Assembly: GCA_965202585.1 (NCBI GenBank)
Contig: OZ241827.1
Location: forward strand, 5,456,001 to 5,520,000
Origin: Thalia democratica
Lineage: Eukaryota
Direction of reading: 5' to 3'
DNA: 64,000 nt
Part shown: positions 39,966 to 53,346 of the stretch, piece after piece
Position numbering within the stretch: position 1 is the stretch's first letter
How the letters are laid out: the number at the start of each line of letters is the position of its first letter
Program-made: the position numbers and the translations under genes
Notes under the pieces: generated by a model
The model's input: the letters and a program-made list of their open reading frames with translations, nothing else
Database searches by the model: none
What the model was told of the DNA's origin: nothing

Positions 39966-40774
39966 TTCATTATCGTAAAAACTATTAAACTTTGCTAACT
40001 TTTTTTTTCAACTTCATTCAAGACCAAAAGTAATTTATAAAGTTTAAACAACTAGTTCAAATAATAATTTATATCTTTACCCAAGTTTTGCAGGCAATTA
40101 CTTTTGTAATTTTGCAAAATGTTTGTAGCCAATTACTTTTTCTAAAATTTTAACTAGTCAATTTTAGTTAAAGTATATTTTAAAATAGAGGGAAATTAGA
40201 GGGAACTTTGTTGTTTATATCATTTATGTTAAAACTATTATTGCTTTTTTTTTTTTTTTATTAAAATCATAATTTTTACAGTACTTATCTTTATATTTTC
40301 ATTTATCAATATTAAGTTCAGTTATTGTCAAAATCACTTCTTTAAAATTTTTAAAAAAGTTTACAATTGTTTATTAAACAATTTGAATGTAAAACTAATT
40401 TTACTGCTGAAGTTAAATCATTAAATAAAATAAAAATTACTTGATTAGCATAAAAATATTTATAAAAATTGTTTCGTAAAAATATTTCAGCGTATTACAT
40501 TTTACTTTGTTTAAAGAAGTTGTAATCTATAGTTCAAGTATTCACACGTTTGTTATTAGTGTTGTTTATCTCCTTTAAAAAGTTAATTTAAAGTTACATA
40601 TACTTTTTAGTTCTTATGTTACTAAACAAGATTCATAGTACTTTATTAAACACAAAATGCAGTTAATTTTCGTTTAGTTTTATTTTCTTTCATTTTTCTT
40701 TTCGTTCAACTGATTGTTTATTACTTAAGATTTAAAAACTTAAATAATGAAAAAAACTATGTGTAATAGCTCGT

Positions 40775-43615
40775 TAGAAACTTTATAAGCATGTGGTGTA
40801 CGACTCGATAACCGAAAGGTTTCTTTGTACACCAGGTCCTTAGACCAGTGGCGTCGCGTGGTATTTGTTTTAGGTGGTGCAGAATTTAAAAAAAAATCCC
40901 TAACTTTAAAACTCTTTTTTTATTTTAAATAAAGACTTTTTTCTAGAACAATTACATTAAATTGCTAATGTAACTTGGGAAACTTTGTTTAAAAATAAAA
41001 CATTTATTTCTTCAAAAAAAAATTATTTAAGAAAACAACTTAAAAGAAAAAGTAAATACTTTGAAAATTAAAGCAAATATAGGAATATTAAAAAAAAAAT
41101 TAACTAATTTAAAAGACTCATAAAATTTTAGCTTACTTATAAGTATTGATTTTTAAGAAGGCTTTAAAGTTAAAACTAACAGTAGAAAAAATTTAGACAA
41201 AACAAATTGTTATTATAATGAAAATACAGCAACTTTAATAGTTTTTTTTATTTTGCCTCAACTTTATTTAAAAAACATTTCATTAAACATCATACTAAGA
41301 ATGGTTATTTCATTAATATTTAACTTAACAAAAAAATAAATGTCTTATCAGACTTGGCAAGGAAGTTAAAAAGTCTACAAACAAAAAAAAAATTTCTTCA
41401 CTACAAAAAAAGAAACACTTTCTTCACAATTTGATCTTATTTTATGTAGTTTTTACAAAGCTACAAGATACTTTTTACAGATTTAAAAAATTCAATATAT
41501 TTTTTTAGATATAGCTGGTCAAAGTCAAAGGCAATAAAAGGTACCTTATGGGAGGCATAAACTAAATCAGCGCTTAAAAAAAGTGTTTTACCCCCCCCTC
41601 CTCTTTTATGCCCTTAACATCTACTTTAGAATTATTTGTTAGAAATTATTTTATAAAGTTTTAATTTTACTACAACTCATCTTTTATAAATATAAAAAAA
41701 TCATATTAACTCTTGAGATATGGTAACTCACAGTCAGAGGTACATAAGAATCCTTATTAATATAATATAAACTCAAACAACAAATAAATCAAATCACTAA
41801 AACCATATTTTTTTTTATAAGTTGGCCTCAAAATATTTAGATGTATCTTTTATAAAAAAAAACAAATTGCTGAAATAGATATTTGAAACACTAAGAAAAA
41901 AAAAATAACAAAAGCTTTTTTTTTGTATATATAAAAATATATATTGATACTTAAAAATTTAAATTGCTTTTTAACAAAAGTAAACAAATTTTATAAAACT
42001 TAGGATGAAAAAGTTTGATAAAAATTGCTTTAAGAATGATGGAGAATATAGGTTTTTAGTAAATATGTATTCTTTTGCTGTTTTGGTTTGCTCCTTGTAT
42101 AATAAATCATTGTACTCTCTGGCTTTGACCGGTGGTAACTAAAAGTTTAATTGGAAATTTCAAGTTTATTAAAGAGTAACTATTAGCTTTTTGAAAAAGT
42201 TAAAATAAGAACAACATGTAAAAAAGTTCCTATAAACCTTCCCCCCCCCCTTATCCCTCACTATTTTGCACTTTTTTTTTTACGAATATTAAGATTTTTA
42301 TTAACTTTTTTTCTAATTTTAGTGTCTTTTTTTGGAGGTTTAAAGTTCAAAAGTTTTTAAGGGTATCTTTTCTTCATTTAATTTTAATATGTTTTTCATT
42401 TTGATGACAGTATTTTTCTCAGGAGCTCAACTTTTAAAGTTTAGTTGGTGAGGCTTTTGAATTTTTAAAGAGTTTTAAAGAGAATTTTTAAATAAGTAAC
42501 CCTTATAGCAGTAAAAAATTGGTTAGTTAGTTTTCATGTGGCCATAGGGGTAAAACACTTATTTTTTAATTTTAAATAAGCTTGTTATTTTCAGAGTAAA
42601 AAACTAAAACTGCTTTAGTCAGCCTTAATATTTTTATAATTTGGTCTGTTTTAATTTATCTTGGGTCATCTTGAGTTTTTAACATTTCTAAGTTATCCTG
42701 ATTATGAGGCAAGGCAACCATGTTTCAACAATTTTATCTAAAACTTTTGCTTTGTTTATGAAAAAATTAAACCAAAAGTCATATAAAGTAGACTAAATTT
42801 TCCGAAAATGTTAAACTACTCTAAGTTTCTAAATTAAGGCTATTTACTTTATTTAAATATGTGACTGTTTCAATAATACTAATTTTCATTTAATATAAAT
42901 CTAAATTATTTTTCTGTAAGAGTGAACTAGAAGTTTATAATAAACTTCTTATTTTTTTTTTCAAAACTTGAATTTTACATTTAAAAATAATTTTATTAAA
43001 TATTTTATTAGTTTTATGATAACAATAATCAGTTATAATTAAGTTTATGTATGCAGATTAAAATAAAAATTCGAATTTCTTAGACTTTAGTGATTTAAGG
43101 TTCTTATTTTTTTTTCTTTAAATATGTCATTCATGACAAGTTTTGTTCTTTTATTGTCCAGTTTTAATAGAAGTGATCTATTAAATTTAAAAAATCAAGT
43201 GGGTACATAAACTCAAGTTTAATCCTTTGCAGTAGCTTAGCATTGTTTTTATTTTATGTTTACAATAGCTTGTAGATGATACTTAAGCATGTCCTGTTTT
43301 AGGGAATTTTAAATTTAGTTTACTTACCGCAAGATATTGATTTCGCAGTAATTCTTGAAGAAATTTTGCTTTTTTGAGTTCATTTGCGGCAGTCAGCTAA
43401 GAGTTTGCGGCAGTGAAGTGAGCAAAATGGTCGTTTTCAAAATTGAAGTTATTAAAGAGATTTCGTTCTAAAAGGTAACGAAAACGCTACAGATACTATT
43501 TTTTTCTTACAAAATTTCAAGGTGGTGCAGTTGCGGCAGTGCAACACCCCACGCGACACCCCTGCCTTAGACTAAACTTTTTGAGCGATTTTTTTATCAT
43601 TCAATAAACAATAGC
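40775..43615 (+). repeat. Family D repeat split by the hAT insertion (40775-40845 and 43573-43615)
   Basis: GTGGTGTACGACTCGATAACCGAAAGG...ACCAGGTCCTTAGAC, then the insertion, then TAAACTTTTTGAGCGATTTTTTTATCATTCAATAAACAAT, which continues the D consensus. Confidence 0.8.
40846..43564. mobile_element. Non-autonomous hAT-superfamily DNA transposon (2719 bp)
   Basis: Perfect 8-bp TSD CCTTAGAC (40838-40845 and 43565-43572). TIRs CAGTGGCGTCGCGTGG / CCACGCGACACCCCTG match at 14/16. Subterminal TTGCGGCAGT occurs three times (43384-43540). No intact transposase ORF. Confidence 0.9.
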
Positions 43616-44024
43616 TTTTCTTTTGCAATAAATAAGTACAACATTCATCATATGTTTGTGCATGTTAAGTATTAAGTCATAAATGATGTAAGTTTGCAGT
43701 ATTTTATGATAAAATTAAATTAGAAGCTATTGTAGTTCAAGTATCATGACAAAAGTAATTTAACCGTATTGAATATTTATAATTGAGTTAAGTAGACAAT
43801 GTAGATTTAGTAATAAAGACTAATTAAGTATTTCAAAACCTTACAAAATCACAAAAAAATGTGTTGATATTTTGTTTTATTATTAATTTAGTTTATTAAA
43901 AACAGTTTAATAAAGAAAAAAAAATTATACAAATTTTTTTTTAATTTATAAAACGTTCAGTAATACATAAATAAGTTATGATTTTTTAGACACTCAAAAT
44001 AGTCATAAATGTAGTTGTATTTAC

Positions 44025-44064
44025 CTGTTTACTGAGTACAAGTCTTGTTGAAACGTTGAGTCCC
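44025..44064 (-). other. Isolated 40-nt exon-like segment
   Basis: On the minus strand: TACTGAC branch-like motif, ACTAG| acceptor, CAG|GTAAAT donor, open in two frames (e.g. DSTFQQDLYSVN). Confidence 0.3.
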
Positions 44065-45124
44065 CTAGTATTTGTTGAGTCAGTAAAATAAAGTGCTATT
44101 TTTTATGATTTTTTATTTTTAGTTATAAAAAAATTATTCTTTGATAAATATTTAATATCTTTGTGTAAGATGGGTTAGGGATAAGGGTAAAAATTTAAAA
44201 AAAACTTAAATAAAAATTTGATATTTATGGGACACACCTTCTCATTACAATTGGACCGATTTAATACTAAAAACTGTTCTCGAATTTTCTAGTAGGCTAA
44301 AATAGCTGTTTTGTAAATTTTAAGCTACAGAAAGTCTTATGAGCAGTTGCATAAATATTACATTGAACTATTTTTATACTATTTTTATTACAACTTTATT
44401 ATGAAAATGTTTTTTCTATAAAAGTTTTTTTTAAGTTAAGTCATAAGAACTTAATAAAATGTTGTATATACCAATTTTAGTTAGTAGCAAAAAAACAGAT
44501 TAAATTAAAGATGTTAGATATTAGAAAATAGTAATATAAACTAATAGTTTAATTCTAAAAACTAGTATAATAGTGTGTAAACCAATCATACCTAATAGAA
44601 AAATACAGATTAAATCAAAGCTGTGAGGAATTACAAAATAGTAATGTAAACGAATAGTTCAATATTATTTCGTTTTATATGTTTTAAATCTTTAACCATC
44701 AATTTGAATTTACATTCTACTCTCGAACAAAAAAAATGTAATGCTAATTTGTGTCAACATAGTACTTCATTTTTTTATATATTACGTTTTAGCTGTTCAG
44801 AATTTGTTCTTAATATATAATGCTTTTTTTTTGTGATATTTGAATAAAAAGGGTAAGTAAAACATTATTCAAATAGATTGTAATATTATAGATTTCCACA
44901 AGAGACTTTCTTTTATCCTTTAATTTATGCAGTTTTACAATATCAAGATTTTATTCTTAAATTTTTATATAAATGAATGGAATTGAATTCATAATGCAAC
45001 TTATTGGGAACAAGCTAATATAGTATTAATTATGTGAATACTTCAATAACAAAAAATTAACTTGACATTATAGTAAAGTTAATGTTTGACCAGATATTCA
45101 AAAAAATCTCTGAAATCTAGAATA

Positions 45125-45573
45125 CAGGATTGCTAAAAAGAAAGAATTCTAGAAAAACCTAGAACTTGACAATTTAGGCTAAAAAACCTGGAAAAACCTG
45201 TAATTTAAAAATTTTAAAAAAACCAGGAGTTTCAACAAAAACCACTATAAAACCTGGAATTTTGAACAAAAATAACTAAAAAAATTGGAACAACCTAGAA
45301 TTTTAAACAACTTTTACATTTTAAGTAGATTTCATTTTGACACCAAAAGTCTATCAAATAGACAATTTTTTTTCTCATCATCAGATTTTTTTTATTAAAC
45401 ACATTTAAAGAAACTTTAATGTATCTTTTCAATGTCTTCATACTATTTAACACAGTTTTTTTTACCTTATAGTTAATTTCTAACTAAAAGTAGAACCTAA
45501 AACGTTTTATTTTAAATACTGGAAAAAATTTTGAAAACCTAGAAAAAATTTGCAAAAACATTTGGCAACCCTG
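45125..45573. mobile_element. MITE with CAGGGTTGCCA-type ends
   Basis: Left end CAGGATTGCTA, right end TGGCAACCCTG, with repeated internal AAAACCTGGAA/AAAACCTAGAA motifs near both ends. No TSD recognisable. Confidence 0.6.
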
Positions 45574-46619
45574 AAAATAACTAAAAGTTATTTGGTAAAG
45601 TAATAATTAAAAGTTATAAATAAAAGTTAGTTTATGAAAGTTCAAACTTTTTTTTTAAGTGACTACCATTTTCTTTCATCGAATTTTTGTTCATTTAATT
45701 TATTTTAATATGAAAAGTTTTTGCTTTTGATATAATTTTGTTTGTCCAGGATTAATTTACATTAATAGATAAAAACTGTAATGTTTGTGATAACTTAAAC
45801 CTCAATTAAATCACATTATTAGATAAAATTCTAAACCAGTTAAAACTTAACAACTCTAATAAAAAATCACTTGACCAAACTAGTTATAACTGGTTCAGTA
45901 AATACAGTGGGCTGGCAAAATGATAATTTTGGTGGCAAAAAATTTAACCAAAAGTTTAGATATCAGTTTAATTAGTAATGTAAAGCTATAGGTATCTAGT
46001 TTTCAATACTGTTTAATTTATTTCAGTTCTAAGTATTTTAGAATTCATCTAATTTTAAAATAAACTTTGGCTAAAATTTATTAAAAAACTACTAGAAAAT
46101 TTTAACAACATTTAGACCTACAATATTTACTATACTTATACATGACTATTCTTTTTACTGTTTCCTTTTGAATACTACTATATGGTATTATACTATACTA
46201 TTAATTAAAGAAAAACATTTTAAATTTCTAATTACCTTAAAATTTAACCGGAATTTCGGGCAATTTAAGAGTAAAATTAGGATCTATAGCAAAAAGTCCA
46301 AAACGAACTTATCATTTGCCAAGTTTAACAGACAAAAAACTGTTTACAAAAATTATTTGAGCATTTAATTTTATTTAATAACAAACAACATCTATTTAGT
46401 ATTCAGTTTTCAGTAGACATAGCTACATTAGCAGTCTGGCAACCCTGGTCAAAAGTTTTAATTTATCATGCTCTAACTCTTATAAAAGGGAAACTTAAAA
46501 TTAAATTAATTTCAATTCTATTTTTAACAATGTTTAGGTTTTGTAAGTAATATTTTGAAGTCTACAAAACAATATTCTGAATTTTTAAGCCAAAATCGTA
46601 ATTATTTATTGATATATAA

Positions 46620-46891
46620 CAGGGTTTCCCAAAGTGGAAACTGGGGACGATTTTTGTAAGTCGGGGGGCATTAACTAGTAAATGCCCGAGGGGGTGTTTG
46701 ATTTTAAAAGTTTTGGCAGTCATAAAAACTGAAACTTACACTAGATATTCTCAAGTTGCAGATGAAGTTTAAAAAATAAGATCTTACGTGTTTTTAAATA
46801 GCGGTTTTATGAGTAGTCTTGTTAGAGGGGCAATAGCTTTTTTAATTTCTTTAAAGGGAGCCATTTGAAAAAAAAAGTTTGGGAAACCCCG
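46620..46891. mobile_element. hAT-type MITE (272 bp)
   Basis: TIRs CAGGGTTTCCCAAA / TTTGGGAAACCCCG. The flanks ATATATAA / ATATAGAA match at 7/8, a slightly decayed 8-bp TSD. Confidence 0.85.
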
Positions 46892-47506
46892 ATATAGAAC
46901 TTTCTATAAAACAGGAGATTATCTTAAAAGTAGTTCTATAAAATTTAGATATTAAAGACCACTTTAGTTGTTACGCCTATGTCAAACTCTATAAAACGCT
47001 TTTATTTTTAAGGAATTTAAAAGTTTTAATAGTTTTTTGACTCGTTTAGTAAGGTTTGTTTTAACCAAAATAATGTTCTAATGCGATTTTTAGCTTAATA
47101 AAGATAAATATCTATCATTGCTTCAACAGTTTGCTGTTTCATCACTGTTGTTAATTAATTTTTTTTTCAATTTTTTTTTACTGTTTTGTGTTATGTAGCT
47201 TGTTATATCAAATAATATCTTATGAACTTTACAGTTCTTAGAGTATTTATAACTGTGTAATTAGAAAAAAATGGTAAGTAATGTTATTTTAAATGGTGCT
47301 ATTCGTAAATATAAAATAGAAATGTTTGACTTTACTATTTACTTTCTTAGATCGTTTAAAATAAATGTATACATTTGCTCTCTTTAGTAGGGCTTTTTCC
47401 TGTGGAATACAATTTTTCGTAAAAGTTAGTTTATTTTGTACATATGTATCACAGTTTTGTTAAACTACTTGTGATTTTTTTTTCAAATATCAAAAATCAC
47501 ACTCAG

Positions 47507-47702
47507 GTGATCCTGGAAGACAGAATAGAAGAAATCAATCGGCAAATGTCCGTGCTTAGCCTCGGAATGGATAAATTATAAAAGGGAACAACTGAGACTT
47601 GAAGAGTCCGATCCCGGCAACCCCGGAAAGCCATTTCCAGATGCAATGACTAGTGAGCCGCAAAAAAATAAATTTGTAATTATACCAAGCTGGTGTTTAT
47701 AG
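47507..47702 (+). other. Exon-like GC-enriched unique island (frame unresolved)
   Basis: Acceptor-like CACACTCAG|47507. Phase 0 gives VILEDRIEEINRQMSVLSLGMDKL-stop (ends 47581). An overlapping frame 47529-47702 gives 57 codons (KKSIGKCPCLASEWINYKREQLRLEESDPGNPGKPFP...). Confidence 0.35.
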
Positions 47703-47782
47703 TTTTTGCCCAGGCGAAATTTATGAAATCGAGGTTGGAGAATCGTGCTGTAGGAAAGAAAAGAATTATAGATTTCTTACTT

Positions 47783-47806
47783 TATATATATATATATATA
47801 AATATA
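47783..47806. repeat. (TA)n microsatellite
   Basis: TA dinucleotide run. Confidence 0.9.
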
Positions 47807-48306
47807 CATTTTTTTTAAATTGTATAATGTATTAATTTGTATAATATATTATTTATTTTTATATTTATGTTTTTATATACGTCGCTGATATCAAAAGCTA
47901 TTAACACTAATTTTGTGCTGTAGTTGATAAATATGCATATTCATGTTGTTTTAGTTTTATGGTTAACAATTTAAATGACAAAAAACCAAGAACATGCTTG
48001 ACTTCTTTTTAAACAAGTAATATAAGTAACACTTCTGTATGAAATATGAAGTACAGTAACCTCCTTGAGTACACGCTCTATAACTGTGTTCAAAACGCTA
48101 ACTCAAAATTCAGACTACTGTACTTGGTCAACCTAGTTTTATTGTGTATAAACTGCAGTAAAAAAGTACTAGCTAGTTTGAGTGAAATTGGTAATGAGTA
48201 GCAAGATAAAATTTATTCTATTCAACTAGTCAGATTTTTCCTATCTAAGTTTTTTTCTATTATAACCATCAAACTAAATGAGCTTTTCACCAGCTATCGT
48301 TAAAAT

Positions 48307-48587
48307 TAGGGGTTGGAAACTTTTTAAGTCGGCGGGCAAGGTTTACTTTATAAGTTCTTTTGCTGGTCTTAAAAATTCTTAAAGGGGCACTAAACTTGAA
48401 AAACAGTACTCGTAAAACTGAAACTAACTTCATAACAGTAAAACTCTTGGGAAATATTTAAGTTCTGAATGAAAACAATTAACGATTATTTCATTTTATC
48501 TTTTGGTCTTCTACTTAACAATTTTCTTGACGGGCCGCGGACCGTTTGGCTGAACTCGGCCCGAGGACCGAACGTCGCCGACTTCTA
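48307..48587. mobile_element. Decayed Charlie-like hAT MITE
   Basis: Left end TAGGGGTTGGAAAC with GGCGGGC. The right end has GC-rich GGGCCGCGG...GGCCCG...GTCGCCGACTTCTA, related to the ends at 44-57 and 19215. No TSD. Confidence 0.5.
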
Positions 48588-50162
48588 ACGACTTTTAATT
48601 TAGTAATACTTCGTTTAAATCCCATCTCTTACCGATCAGATCTTACCAATGATTATTCTGTCTGAGTTAATATTTGTCTGATAACTTTTATGTTTTGTTT
48701 GATTTCTATACATACACAGTCATACATATTGTTGAACATTTTACAACCTAAAATTTTGTTTACATAAGTTTTTACTCTAAAATATTAGAACAATCATTTT
48801 TCTGTAGTCATTATAACAACCAATAAACTTTTACGGCATATTTTTTTAAATGAAGGTTTTTCAATCCAAAATCCGTCGTTTTTAATTTTTTAGGTATGTT
48901 AAACATCTAGCTTAAGACTGATTATTAAGATTATAAACGAACAAATCTTCAGCGTTTTTTAACAGTTTACAGAAAAGTATTTAACAGTTCACAAAAAGGT
49001 TAATATATAATTTAAATTTTATTAATTTTTTTTTTGATAGTTTTTAAAAATAGTTATAAATAATTTTCCAGATTATAAGCTAATAACAACATCATTTAAT
49101 CTTTGAAATAAGGTTAGGTTAAATGAAAAAGTAACAAAGATTAGCAAGATAGTATTCGTTTATAGATTTTTTCAATTTTTAGATCATTTACAGTAAGTCA
49201 AACTTAAGATGTTAATAAAAACAACTTTTTTGGTATAATCTTCTTGGTAAATATTGACTTCACTATACAAAGCGTTTCTTTGTTTTTTAGAACAAAAAAT
49301 CCTATTCATAAATTTTATCAACGACAGTCTAACGATGATTTGTTATCTAATAGCATTTAAAACATAAACTTATGTTTAAGTTTTGTATATGGTTTTTACC
49401 AGTTTTGTAGAACAGTCAAATTTAGTAAATTATCATTTTATTTTGATTTTTTAAAGTTAGTATGATTAAGTATAAAAGTTTTAAAACTGATTTTTTTTAA
49501 GGTACAAAGCAATTTTAAAGATTTACTTTATAACTTTAAAACTAGAGCTAATCAATCTAATTTAAATTGCGTATTTTCTTGTTACTACTGATTTTCTTTG
49601 TTGTTATAGATTGAAAAAAGGTTATTAAACATGATGTTATCAATAAGCTGTTCAGGACGTCGAACATGAAAATTTGTTGAAAATTTCGTGTTAGGCATTC
49701 GCAAAATAAATGCTTCTAAATAAGAACTGCTGAAGAGTTTTTATAAAACAAACTTAAATAAGCTAACAAAAACAACGTCAAAAAATTCAGCATCGCTAGC
49801 AGCGCTAAAGACTTACTTTTTAAACGACTTTTTTTTTAGTTTGGCTATTTATCAAAACTAAATAAGTAGTTTTGAAACTAAATATTACATTACGAAAACA
49901 CTTGTGAAAAATTCTGCAGCTTACACTACTTCAACAGTCGACTGTAAAGTAGTGTTAATTTTTTTTTTTAATGATCTAATAGTAAAATGATGTTTTTTTT
50001 TTCAATTTGATAAATAATACAACAAATTGTCAATTTTCTTTTAACACCAAACTTTGCTACTAAAACCAAATTTAGTATTACAGCCAACTGTTAAGTAATA
50101 ATAACTGTTAACATAACAGTTTTAATTTAACGGAATAACTTTTTCGATAGTTTTTAAACTAG

Positions 50163-50361
50163 TTTTTACGAAAATTAAAAGAAGCTGCGGTTCACGCGAT
50201 ACTTAGAGGCCGAAGACGGGAGCTGCAGGTTAAAAAAAAATTATAATAATAATAAACTGAAAACAACTTTTAAGTGTGTCTGCGATGCAGCAGACGTGAA
50301 GTTTTAAATGAAATAAACTCGCAGGATCTCAACGTAAAGAAGGACGATTTTCTACTTTTTG
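50163..50361 (+). other. Two candidate small coding exons (50163-50228, 50325-50361)
   Basis: CTAG|...CAG|GTTAAA and CGCAG|...G|GTAAAC join in frame to FLRKLKEAAVHAILRGRRRELQDLNVKKDDFLLF. No flanking exons could be assigned. Confidence 0.35.
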
Positions 50362-50388
50362 GTAAACAAACTCGATAAACTATATATA

Positions 50389-50510
50389 TCCTGGACATGA
50401 CGTTGAAAGTTATAAGTGGTGTACGACTTGATAGCCGAAAAGTTTTTACGTGCAGCACGTCCTTGAACCAATTGTTTTTAGCGCTTTTTTATTGTCGTAT
50501 AATAAACAAA
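50389..50510 (+). repeat. Family D repeat
   Basis: TCCTGGACATGACGTTGAAAGTTATAAGTGGTGTACGACTTGATAGCCGAAAAG...GTCCTTGAACCAA...GCGCTTTTTTTATTGTCG. Confidence 0.7.
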
Positions 50511-53346
50511 CATAAATAGTTATCTTTATTATTTATACTATAATTTATTGCCGTATATATTTAAAACATTAAATTAAAAGATAAAATAACACTTATGTTT
50601 TCTGTTTTTTCAGGTTAATGTGTGTGACTATAGTTGTTACTTTTTTGAGCTTGTTATTACAAAATAAGTTAGACCAAAACTGTCAAAAACATTTCTCATA
50701 AAAGTTCAAGTGAAACATTTGCCATACTGGCACGCTTTGTAGACAAGTACTCATAAAAACAAAAGTCAACTTTTATCTTTTGTACCGATAAGCTGAAATA
50801 AATATTTGCTAAGTTTTTGTGCGGTCGGTAAGTTTTAAAGTTTTGTTTGACAGTAAAATGATAATTAATATTAATACAACTAACTTTCTTTTAATCATAA
50901 ACTTTATAAACATTTTCCGTGTTTATTTAGTTCGTGTTGAGAGATTTGTACGAAACCAAAACATTAATTAATATTTTTTTCTACATTGTACCTATAGTTC
51001 CTAAGGCTTACGGGGGTTATTTTTCATATAATTTTTTGAGTTATTCAATCGTAACGTAACATTTTAAAATTTTTATGATTAATTATTATAAGTTTTGTGG
51101 CTTGTATATTATAAATTCTGCCACTATTGTTAGAAACTATTAAAAATTGTCTTTGATTTTAAGTCAAATTCGATGAAAAGGTTCAGTAGAATTTGATAAT
51201 AAAGCTTTAAAATTCGTATACTAATAAAAAAATTAGTTGTTGTCTAAAAAAAAATATTATTACTACATTTTTCTCTCGATTCGCATTTAAAATTAAATAA
51301 GTAAAAAGTTATGTTTAACATTTTTACTTATAAAGAGTAAAGATTTACAGTTCACACTTAAAACAAATTGTTTTAGAGTGATAAGGCTATTAAAGTCTAA
51401 ACAAAATAAAGCAATAGCTAAAAGTTTAAACTCGATTTCTCTAATAATATTATTATATATACTTACAGTTTAAAACTAAATATTGTTATCAGACCACTAA
51501 GAGCTAATGTTTATCAAAGACTTTAAAAATTTAATCATAAATTAAAATGCTACAACTTAACTATTCACTTCAATACTGTAACTTGTTTTGTTAATAAATA
51601 TACTTATGTAAATAAACTTACTAACTAACATTTTATAATTCAAAAATTTCTACTAAAATACGTCATTATTATTAAAGTGATTTCAAAGAGTGGCGCGCGT
51701 TTAAAGTACACAAAACATAAATTTTATCTTTGTTATCGATAAGGCTGTATTTATCGTAAACTTTCAATAAAACACATGTGTGGTCGTTTATTTAGCAGGA
51801 TTGTTTTCATATAAAAAAAAGATTGTTAAAACATTTTTGAATTCCTATTTTTTTGTTAATAAGCTTTTGTTTATTAATTTTTTGTATCTTTTTATTCTTT
51901 TTATTATTTTTGTTAAACTTTTTTCACTATAATTACTTTATGATAGTGCCACCTTTTATTTTAAAAGTTAGTAAAAGTAATATATGTAAGCATATTAACA
52001 GTTTCTAAAAACTATTTTTTATAATTCTGAGGGTTGTAAATAATTTCTTACACTCACACCGACAAACAATAAGCCTTGAATATTTAGTTGTAAAATTTAA
52101 AACTTATAAAAGTCCGACCCTGCTTAAAAATAATATTTACATTGGCTGCAAAATTTCTATCTTATGGACATTTAGAAATACAGTGTTTATGACAACTAAA
52201 AAACTAATGTTATTTTAACTACTTACTTTGGTGTTTTCACTTAAATATCAAAATCTATCTCTCTTTGACTTACACTATTCATCTTAATTTGTCAAGAAAA
52301 GTCAAAACACTACATTAGTTTTTACAAATAAAAAAAATCGATACTTTTGCTCGTTTATCGAGCTTAATATAATTTTTAATTCAGCTTTCTGCATTTGATT
52401 TTTTACTTGGCCTAATTATTAATTTTAGGCTAAATTTTTTTTTTTTTGACATTTACTGAACATAAATAAAGTTAAGAGTGTTTAAAAACTAGTGTTAATA
52501 ATCTCTAGCACAGTTATTTTAAAGTTAATTTTTGCTCATTGGTTTGATTTTATTTTTTCAATTTTAAATTTTTGATCAAGCAAGCAATTTGTGCATCTAG
52601 TTTCTTTTAGGTCTAAACTTTTTTATTTTAAATTTTAATCCCAGCTCAAAGCTTGTACATATAATAAAAACAAAATGATTCTATGATGATCTAAAAATAA
52701 ACAAACAAAGTTTGAATAAAATTAGGCAGACCGTTATAAACTTTTTTTGGAACTTACAAGTTCTGTTGTTTTAATCTACTTTGAAAACTTTGTTCAATAA
52801 AAGTTGTAATTAAATTTAAAAAATGCTTCAAAGCCCTGTAACTTTGCTAAATTTTGTTCTAAAAAGATTGTAAACTTAACTTATACGTGACTAACATAAC
52901 TTAAAATCAAACAAAATCGTTTTTTTAAATACAAGTCACGTTATTCGGTTGCAAAAAAACTTAATCTTAAGCACTTATTTTGTATTCTGGCATTTACATA
53001 CCAAAAACTATGTAAGAGCCAAAAATCATACTTATAAAAAGATTTTACGGACATACTTTTACCTTAGTTTCTAAACTTAAGCAATATCAAAATTTAAAGT
53101 AAGCCTCTTTTGAAATAAAAATTTATATAAAGTTGATTTATTTTACACAAATCATAACAAAAAATTATTGCCTAAATTAAAAAAAAAAATTCATGATACT
53201 TTTATTTATGACGTCGATATTTTTTTTGTTTGAAAAATGAAACAACTTAAACAAAATAAAAAGTGCGTTGAGTTTTCAAGTTTTCATTATTGTTGTTTGT
53301 GTTTTTTGTGTTAAGTACAATTTAGATATAACAAGTATATGGCCAA

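Noticed and set aside
41300-42150. Possible transposase remnants inside the hAT element (e.g. minus-strand SNCEESVSFL resembling CERSFS.L)
   Set aside because: The similarity is too short and weak to support without BLASTX.
48054-48070. TACAGTAACCTC, similar to the family G terminus
   Set aside because: Only 12 bp match, with no internal homology or second TIR.
4464-50458. Short 60-90-aa ORFs in the supplied track
   Set aside because: They are AT-rich, F/L/I/K-biased chance ORFs, many overlapping repeats (e.g. 8720 and 35941 in family E, 14572 and 37735 in family C, 19264 in a MITE, 50270 in family D). They lack splice or domain support.
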